Shown here piece by piece: positions 1 to 4,153 of a stretch of DNA of 4,153 nucleotides. Location of the stretch: IMG/VR virus record IMGVR_UViG_2703718873_000011, positions 1 through 4,153 of that record; one strand, 5' to 3'. Within the stretch, counting starts at the first letter, position 1. The number at the start of each line of letters is the position of its first letter. Both the position numbers and the translations under genes were made by a program. The notes below the pieces were generated by a model. That model ran no database searches. It was not told the DNA's origin and worked only from the letters and a program-made list of their open reading frames with translations. Source of the DNA: a virus. Taxonomy: Duplodnaviria; Heunggongvirae; Uroviricota; Caudoviricetes.

Positions 1-1
1 C

Positions 2-277
2 CTGTTCATTGACGAAATGGCGCATCCGTTACAGCCGGTTCGTCTGTCCGGTGATGAACTTCACGGAGAAGATCCATATTACGTCCTGTACGTCACGCCG
101 CGTCAGTGGAATGACTGGTACACCTCGACGTCCGGTAAGGACTGGAACCAGATGATGGTTCGGGCCGTGAACCGTGCAAAAGGTTTTAATCATCCGCTGT
201 TCAAAGGTGAATGTGCGATGTGGCGCAATATCCTGGTTCGTAAGTATGCGGGTATTATAGCGCGGCGATTTTTTTGA
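2..277 (+). CDS. hypothetical protein, C-terminal fragment (5' end outside window)
   Basis: The frame is open from position 2 (codons L-F-I-D-E precede the ATG at 17 with no in-frame stop) to TGA at 275-277. Codon usage looks E. coli-like (CGT/CTG/CCG-rich). It converges on mom and is followed by a stem-loop at 313-347. No family recognised from sequence alone. Confidence 0.45.
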   Translation: MFIDEMAHPLQPVRLSGDELHGEDPYYVLYVTPRQWNDWYTSTSGKDWNQMMVRAVNRAKGFNHPLFKGECAMWRNILVRKYAGIIARRFF

Positions 278-338
278 TACCGATTTGCATTTCATTTGAT
301 ACCGCTGAAAAACGCCGATACGCAACTTATTTGATACT
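273..338. repeat. Four GATAC-core direct repeats in the intergenic region (TTTGATACC at 273-281 and 295-303, CCGATAC at 314-320, TTTGATAC at 330-337)
   Basis: Seen directly in sequence; spacings between GATAC cores are 22, 18 and 17 bp. The first copy overlaps the stop codon of the left-edge CDS. Function unknown (possible protein-binding sites). Confidence 0.3.
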
Positions 339-347
339 AAATCGGCG
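313..347. terminator. Putative bidirectional terminator-like stem-loop between convergent genes
   Basis: CGCCGAT (313-319) is the exact reverse complement of ATCGGCG (341-347), giving a 7-bp stem. It is flanked by A5 (308-312) upstream and CTTTTCTTTT (348-357) downstream, so a U-tract follows the stem on either strand. The 21-nt loop is longer than in canonical intrinsic terminators, hence low confidence. Confidence 0.3.
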
Positions 348-383
348 CTTTTCTTTTGAGTTTTAGAATGAGTTTTTAAGCGC

Positions 384-1121
384 TCATTCACTCTCTTTCA
401 AACCAGTTTTAACTGTTTGTGGTTTTGGGTAAGGCTGGACTTTGAATAGCTTTGTGTTGAGGCGTTTTCTGGCCCTCTTGTTCAGAAACCGGATGTAACG
501 AAACTGTCGGAACTTATGCACACTGGCTCTGTCGATATTAGCCCTCAGATGTTCACCTCGTTGTCCGCCTCGTTTAATGGCACTCCTGCAAATCTCGTGA
601 TACCACTCGCCATCAAGTTCATAGAATGTTGATTCATGGCTGCCTACATAATCAAAATTGCTTGCCTGATACACGACACCAAGACAGCCACAACGCTCAT
701 CTGCAAACGACTGAACCCACTGTACCTGCGGATAAAGCTGCCTGATTAGCTTGAGCGCGTAACTGATTGCCCTTGATTCGGAGTTTCTCGGCATACAGTC
801 ATGCATCCATAGCCGGTTAAGCTCCATATATTCTCGGTTCTGCGTACCCGTTACGACGCGTGCACCACTGTTTGGGTTAAGGGCGTAACCCCATTGCATT
901 ACGCCAACAAGTTCCCGTTCTGAAAATATACCCAGATGAAGGTAGGAATTATTTACGAAACGGTGGCTGTAATGTTTATTGACGATAACCAGTCTGGCCA
1001 GCCAGCAACTTATTGTCTCAACCCGCAACTCACGGGAGCCATAACCAACGATATTGTCGTTATAGCGAATAAGTTCAGGCGTGCTGATGATACGGGATGT
1101 GACTTGCTTTCTGTTCCCCAC
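384..1121 (-). CDS. mom: Mom-like DNA modification protein (phage Mu Mom family, adenine-modifying, GNAT-like)
   Basis: 245-aa ORF immediately downstream of, and overlapping by 47 nt, a Com-like zinc-finger gene, which is the com-mom operon architecture of phage Mu. Size is close to Mu Mom (about 231 aa). GTG start at 1121-1119 preceded by AAGGAAA 8 nt upstream. The family call rests mainly on context and size; I cannot verify residue-level identity to Mom without a search. Confidence 0.6.
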   Translation of the reverse strand: MGNRKQVTSRIISTPELIRYNDNIVGYGSRELRVETISCWLARLVIVNKHYSHRFVNNSYLHLGIFSERELVGVMQWGYALNPNSGARVVTGTQNREYMELNRLWMHDCMPRNSESRAISYALKLIRQLYPQVQWVQSFADERCGCLGVVYQASNFDYVGSHESTFYELDGEWYHEICRSAIKRGGQRGEHLRANIDRASVHKFRQFRYIRFLNKRARKRLNTKLFKVQPYPKPQTVKTGLKESE

Positions 1122-1275
1122 GACAGGATTTCCTTGTGTATGTGGGGTGCTCTGTGGCGCTCGGAGATGTGATTTGATTGAGGGTTTTACAGCGCGGACA
1201 TTTTACTTCCAGATAACTGAAACTGGCCCGTGCCAGTAGCTTATTGCAGTGTCGGCACCGTATGTTTCGATACAT
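1075..1275 (-). CDS. com: Com-like zinc-finger translational activator of mom
   Basis: 66-aa product [30 protein letters not shown]... with C-x2-C at residues 7/10 and C-x2-C at 26/29, matching the phage Mu Com pattern (IRCxxCNKLL ... CPRCK) as I recall it. ATG at 1275-1273 preceded by AGGAGG with 10-nt spacing. TGA stop at 1077-1075 lies inside mom. The TTG at 1320 that opens the track ORF is probably not the real start. Confidence 0.7.
   Translation of the reverse strand: MYRNIRCRHCNKLLARASFSYLEVKCPRCKTLNQITSPSATEHPTYTRKSCRGEQKASHIPYHQHA
1116..1147 (-). promoter_or_regulatory. Stem-loop sequestering the mom GTG start codon and RBS (candidate translation-inhibitory structure)
   Basis: On the minus-strand mRNA, CCCCAC (from 1147-1142) pairs with GUGGGG (1121-1116), where GUG is the mom start codon. 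The 20-nt loop carries the AAGGAAA Shine-Dalgarno and can form an inner stem (ACAAGG/CCUGU). Complementarity verified by eye; stability not computed. Confidence 0.4.
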
Positions 1276-1320
1276 GGCCGCATAACCTCCTGCTTTGTTG
1301 TTGATGCCTTTCTCATGCAA

Positions 1321-1341
1321 TCGATCGACAAAAACGATCGA
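1321..1341. promoter_or_regulatory. Paired palindromic Dam sites (TCGATCGA ... CGATCGAT) upstream of com
   Basis: GATC at 1323-1326 and 1336-1339, each within a CGATCG palindrome, separated by ACAAAAA; 48-64 bp upstream of the com ATG. Read as analogous to the Dam/OxyR-controlled GATC sites upstream of Mu Pmom, but this is inference. Confidence 0.3.
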
Positions 1342-1440
1342 TTCGATTTGTTTAATTGATACAACAAATAGATTTAAAAGTCATCAACAATGATTCAGGG
1401 CGGTGATTATTTACTTAAAGAAACGAAGAGTTAGGTGGTG

Positions 1441-1462
1441 AAAACGATCATAAAATGATCAT
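1441..1462. promoter_or_regulatory. Second pair of GATC sites in a near-symmetric AT-rich element (AAAACGATCATAAAATGATCATTTT)
   Basis: GATC at 1445-1448 and 1456-1459 within a GATCAT direct repeat flanked by A4/T4; a further GATC at 1492-1495. All in the com / zinc-ribbon intergenic region. Confidence 0.25.
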
Positions 1463-1504
1463 TTTATTGACTTTTTATACAGTGAAGGTAGGATCGCGCG
1501 TATA

Positions 1505-1573
1505 TGTAGTATGTTTCAAATCAACAGGATACTACATAAAAGGGAAACCCAGCATAGCTGGAACTATGCTGGG
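1505..1573 (-). terminator. Tandem perfect hairpins; on the minus strand the second is followed by a U-rich tract (terminator or insulator candidate, alternatively a structured sRNA or operator)
   Basis: Hairpin A: TGTAGTAT (1505-1512) / ATACTACA (1529-1536), 8-bp stem with 16-nt loop. Hairpin B: CCCAGCATAG (1548-1557) / CTATGCTGGG (1564-1573), perfect 10-bp stem with 6-nt loop. On the minus strand hairpin B is followed by UUUCCCUUUUAUG (complement of 1535-1547). Confidence 0.35.
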
Positions 1574-1681
1574 TCAATCTGTAAAAACTTGCATCAATGC
1601 TTTACTTCGAGCTCGTGGCGTATCCTATGATATTCCCCGGTCTCCTGTAAAGCAGAGATGCATAAAAAGGAGATCTTTATC

Positions 1682-1852
1682 ATGGATAAAGAGCCTGTTT
1701 GCCCTGCCTGTAAGACTCCCTTACAGCTCATCTATCGCCGTTCTCGATCTCAAAATGGCAAGACATACAAACCAAAAAATGCTTCCTGTTTCAGGATGCT
1801 GATATGTCCGGCCTGTTCTCCCCGGAGGGAAAATACACAAAACGTGCATTAA
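1682..1852 (+). CDS. Small zinc-ribbon protein (56 aa), putative DNA/RNA-binding regulator
   Basis: ATG at 1682 preceded by AAGGAG (1667-1672) with 9-nt spacing. Product MDKEPVCPACKTPLQLIYRRSRSQNGKTYKPKNASCFRMLICPACSP... has C-x2-C at 7/10 and C-x2-C at 42/45, plus Cys36. Stop TAA at 1850-1852. Transcribed divergently from com. The track ORF at 1658 starts 8 codons earlier with no RBS. Confidence 0.5.
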   Translation: MDKEPVCPACKTPLQLIYRRSRSQNGKTYKPKNASCFRMLICPACSPRRENTQNVH

Positions 1853-1861
1853 CAAATTCAC

Positions 1862-1881
1862 CCGGCAGGGAAACCTGCCGG
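1862..1881. terminator. Putative bidirectional terminator hairpin between convergent genes
   Basis: CCGGCAGG (1862-1869) + GAAA loop + CCTGCCGG (1874-1881), a perfect 8-bp GC-rich stem with tetraloop. It lies 10 nt after the zinc-ribbon stop on plus and 10 nt after the 81-aa ORF stop on minus. Downstream tracts are moderately U-rich on both strands (UCGGUAUUGUU / GUGAAUUUGUU). Confidence 0.45.
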
Positions 1882-1890
1882 TCGGTATTG

Positions 1891-2136
1891 TTACATCATA
1901 GTACCGTCAGTTCCGGGTTGAACCGGCTCTGGTTGCTCTACGGGTTGAGGCTCATTTTCCGTGCTGTTTTCAGCCGGAGAACGACCAACCATTCGGGCCA
2001 GCACTTCATCAACATATGCGTCGATTTGTGCCTCAAAATCCTTGCGAACCTGCGCCTTCAGCACGCGGTTCACTTCTTCAGAATAAAGTGCCTGTTTGAC
2101 AAGCTCTTCAGTAACCGTGCCTTTAATCTCTGGCAT
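1891..2136 (-). CDS. hypothetical small acidic protein (81 aa)
   Basis: ATG at 2136-2134 preceded by AAGGAG with 7-nt spacing; TAA stop at 1893-1891. The N-terminal 50 aa look helical and amphipathic; the C-terminal 30 aa are Pro/Glu/Gln-rich (PQPVEQPEPVQP) and likely disordered. No family recognised. Confidence 0.6.
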   Translation of the reverse strand: MPEIKGTVTEELVKQALYSEEVNRVLKAQVRKDFEAQIDAYVDEVLARMVGRSPAENSTENEPQPVEQPEPVQPGTDGTMM

Positions 2137-2171
2137 GAATATTCTCCTTTCCTTTTCTGGTTCACAAAAAA

Positions 2172-2351
2172 TTAAATCTGACCGGAGTCTTTCGGCTGCG
2201 GCATTACAGCACCGCTTTTTATCTTTTCCTCGGCAGCTGCATCAATTTTATTTCGAAAATAATTGCGAATAATTTTATAACCACCGCTGACAAGCAACAG
2301 ACAACAAACCACCGTGCAGAAATACAGCAGGCAGACGTTTATATATGTCAT
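2172..2351 (-). CDS. Small single-pass membrane peptide (59 aa), not in the supplied ORF track
   Basis: My own translation of the minus strand: ATG at 2351-2349, TAA at 2174-2172, product MTYINVCLLYFCTVVCCLLLVSGGYKIIRNYFRNKIDAAAEEKIKSGAVMPQPKDSGQI. One Cys-rich hydrophobic segment of about 22 residues is followed by a basic then acidic tail (positive-inside topology). GAGG lies 5 nt upstream of the ATG. It fills the otherwise empty 272-bp gap between the esterase gene and the 81-aa ORF. Confidence 0.4.
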   Translation of the reverse strand: MTYINVCLLYFCTVVCCLLLVSGGYKIIRNYFRNKIDAAAEEKIKSGAVMPQPKDSGQI

Positions 2352-2408
2352 ATAAGCCTCACTCTTATTAACTGATGTTACAGCCGGATAAATTCCCGGC
2401 CGTCACGA

Positions 2409-4153
2409 TTATGCCGCAGGGGTATTAACCTCAAGGACAACGCTCTCAAAAGACACGCCATAAGTTGCCCCTTTGGTGACATCTGTCAGTGTCAGCGTAT
2501 CTTTGGCAGGGGAAAGTGCATCTTTCACCATCTGGAATGCCTGGCCCGGAGTGCCATCCAGCACAGGCGTTACCTGGGCACTTCCCGCCGTAAACTTCAG
2601 GACAAGTGTATGCCACTGGTTATTGTAGGCTCCAAATGATCCCAGTTTCGTATTCCCCCCTGTTTTATGGTGCATCAGATTTAACTGGCCGCCTGTTGTC
2701 TGGAGATAATACGCCATCAGGAACGGTGTGCCTGTACCACTCATGGTTACACCTTCCGGGACCGTATCGGTGTGGAGGTAAATACCCAGAGCAAACTGGC
2801 CTTCTTTTACTTCACCTGACAGACGGAATTTACAGGTCAACTGACCACCATGCTTCAGAAGTTCACCGGCTGCATCAGTTCCATGGGTAAGCGTCCAGGT
2901 TTTTCCGCTTTGTTTGGATACGGTCAACGCTTTACCTTCGTCCGTCAGCTGGATTGTACCATCTGTAATTTTCCAGCCCTGAGCCGGGGCTTCTCCTGCT
3001 GATGCTTTAAGTGAAAGCAGCGTACGGAGTGACGGGGATGTCGGATGGGGGGACTCACTGCCTCCTGGCTGACTACCTGTCGGCGCTTCCGGTTTCCCAC
3101 CCGGCGCGGGCTGAGGCAGGGCTTCACCATCAGGGGCCACACCGGCAATAAATGCAGAGGTCAGACCTGCATATTTAAGAATTGCTGATGCAAAACGATC
3201 TGAGACCAGAAAACGGCGCGCCCAGGAGCTAAAATGGGTTGCCCTGGATGCTGTTGTCCAGTTGCCATCTCCCCGTGATTCCGCACCATAATACCCGGCA
3301 GAAGCGATATCCGGGTCGTGCTCCGGCAGGTTGGTCGCGGTTTTATTACCGAACTCATCGTGCATCAGTGGAACAAAGTGAATGTTCTCGGAAGCCCGGT
3401 TTTTATATCCGCTATAAATGGTTTCATATGCCGCCGGGTTCTTCTCTTTCCAGTCATAGGTTGTGTCACCACATAACCACGGCACACTGTCTGATGAACC
3501 ACCAATACACTGACCGGAGAAAGCACCAAGATCCGCACGGAATTTTTTCACCATCGCAGTAAACTGGGCACCATGCTGGGCCGGGGTCGCTTTAAGGTCT
3601 CCTTCCCCCTGAATCCATACGACAGATAACAGCACATTCTTTGGATTCGCCTCAAGTGCCGCTTTAGTTCGACTGACAAGATCCTGATACAGTGGGGTAT
3701 CCACTCCCCAGCGTAGTGACGCCTCGGCTGCACCACTTGCCGGATCGAATGAGCCAACTGCGCCGGTTGTAAAAGCAGAGCCGCCACGGGCACAGGGAAC
3801 CAGTAAAATCCCGGCATCAGCAGGAATCACCGGTAATACTTTTTTCGCAATATGAAGTCCCTGCCCCACACAACCATACTGCCCTTTTTTCAGGTCTGCT
3901 TTTGGATGGTTCAGCAGACTCATATTCTGAACATCATGAAGGCAGTGATCTGCTGGAATGATTTCATTGTATTTGCAGGGAATACCTCCGGGGGTTTGTG
4001 TATTCCTGCGTGCCAGCTGCATAATACGTGGATCAGGACGATCATAAGAATCCGGAAGGGGCAACCCTTCACCATAAGATGAAGCATTGGACTGGCCGGC
4101 TATAACAATCACGTAATACCAGGAAGGGGAGCTGGAAGCAGTTTCATTTCCTG
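2409..4153 (-). CDS. SGNH/SASA-family carbohydrate O-acetylesterase, prophage NanS-p-like (partial; N-terminus outside window), with C-terminal beta-rich putative carbohydrate-binding domain
   Basis: The frame stays open upstream of the GTG at 4112 to the window edge (…GNETASSSPSWYYVIVIAGQSNA…). The GQSN motif after a hydrophobic beta-strand is the block-I signature of SASA/DUF303 sialate O-acetylesterases. A Pro/Ser/Gly-rich linker (PQPAPGGKPEAPTGSQPGGSESPHPTSPS) precedes a C-terminal domain of about 200 aa. At least 581 aa are visible, consistent with prophage NanS-p proteins of roughly 645 aa that carry an extra N-terminal domain (from memory). TAA stop at 2411-2409. Confidence 0.8.
   Translation of the reverse strand, partial: GNETASSSPSWYYVIVIAGQSNASSYGEGLPLPDSYDRPDPRIMQLARRNTQTPGGIPCKYNEIIPADHCLHDVQNMSLLNHPKADLKKGQYGCVGQGLHIAKKVLPVIPADAGILLVPCARGGSAFTTGAVGSFDPASGAAEASLRWGVDTPLYQDLVSRTKAALEANPKNVLLSVVWIQGEGDLKATPAQHGAQFTAMVKKFRADLGAFSGQCIGGSSDSVPWLCGDTTYDWKEKNPAAYETIYSGYKNRASENIHFVPLMHDEFGNKTATNLPEHDPDIASAGYYGAESRGDGNWTTASRATHFSSWARRFLVSDRFASAILKYAGLTSAFIAGVAPDGEALPQPAPGGKPEAPTGSQPGGSESPHPTSPSLRTLLSLKASAGEAPAQGWKITDGTIQLTDEGKALTVSKQSGKTWTLTHGTDAAGELLKHGGQLTCKFRLSGEVKEGQFALGIYLHTDTVPEGVTMSGTGTPFLMAYYLQTTGGQLNLMHHKTGGNTKLGSFGAYNNQWHTLVLKFTAGSAQVTPVLDGTPGQAFQMVKDALSPAKDTLTLTDVTKGATYGVSFESVVLEVNTPAA

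Noticed and set aside
278-383. Possible phage Mu right end (attR / MuA-binding sites) downstream of mom
   Set aside because: I looked for Mu-end-like motifs (terminal TG...CA and CGAAAA-containing 22-bp MuA sites as I recall them) and saw none; the repeats present have a GATAC core instead. So this does not look like a Mu right end.
29-391. Track ORF, minus strand, 120 aa
   Set aside because: Antisense to the better-supported left-edge plus-strand CDS and runs through the intergenic hairpin and repeats; no RBS; low-complexity product. Likely spurious.
936-1172. Track ORF, plus strand, 78 aa
   Set aside because: Lies wholly antisense to the com-mom overlap region; no RBS or recognisable motif.
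1276-1320. TTG-initiated N-terminal extension of com (track ORF 1075..1320 begins MHEKGINNKAGGYAA)
   Set aside because: The ORF finder called a TTG start. An in-frame ATG at 1275 with an AGGAGG RBS gives a 66-aa product matching Com size, and the extension would cover the RBS itself.
1455-1802. Track ORF, plus strand, 115 aa
   Set aside because: No RBS, runs through both perfect hairpins, overlaps the zinc-ribbon ORF out of frame, featureless product.
1804-2175. Track ORF, plus strand, 123 aa
   Set aside because: Antisense to the 81-aa minus-strand ORF, which has a strong RBS; no RBS of its own.
2383-2400. Small hairpin GCCGG-N8-CCGGC just downstream of the esterase stop
   Set aside because: Only a 5-bp stem and no U-tract on either strand; not convincing as a terminator.
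2606-4082. Six track ORFs nested inside the esterase gene (2606..2890 +, 2945..3148 -, 3161..3358 -, 3239..3562 +, 3548..3817 -, 3852..4082 +)
   Set aside because: All are off-frame or antisense overlaps within a long CDS that has a clear enzyme motif and domain architecture; typical shadow ORFs in GC-rich coding DNA.
1-4153. CRISPR array, tRNA/rRNA genes, IS elements
   Set aside because: No regularly spaced direct repeats with unique spacers, no tRNA-like cloverleaf candidates, and no terminal inverted repeats flanking a transposase-like ORF were seen.

Overview
This window reads as an accessory region of an enterobacterial (E. coli-like) prophage, with almost all coding on the minus strand. 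From right to left: (1) a large partial CDS (2409..4153, N-terminus outside the window) with an SGNH/SASA-type esterase motif (GQSN), a Pro/Ser/Gly-rich linker and a C-terminal beta-rich domain, resembling prophage-encoded sialate O-acetylesterases (NanS-p-like); (2) a 59-aa single-pass membrane peptide absent from the ORF track; (3) an 81-aa acidic protein with a strong RBS; (4) a plus-strand small zinc-ribbon protein; (5) a 406-bp non-coding region with GATC clusters and two perfect hairpins; (6) an overlapping com-mom-like pair, where a Com-like C4 zinc-finger protein precedes a Mom-like DNA-modification protein whose GTG start and RBS sit inside a stem-loop; (7) a convergent plus-strand partial CDS at the left edge. 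The com-mom module, in a context with no recognisable Mu end, is the most interesting system here. All functional calls come from motif and architecture recognition by eye; no database search was run.
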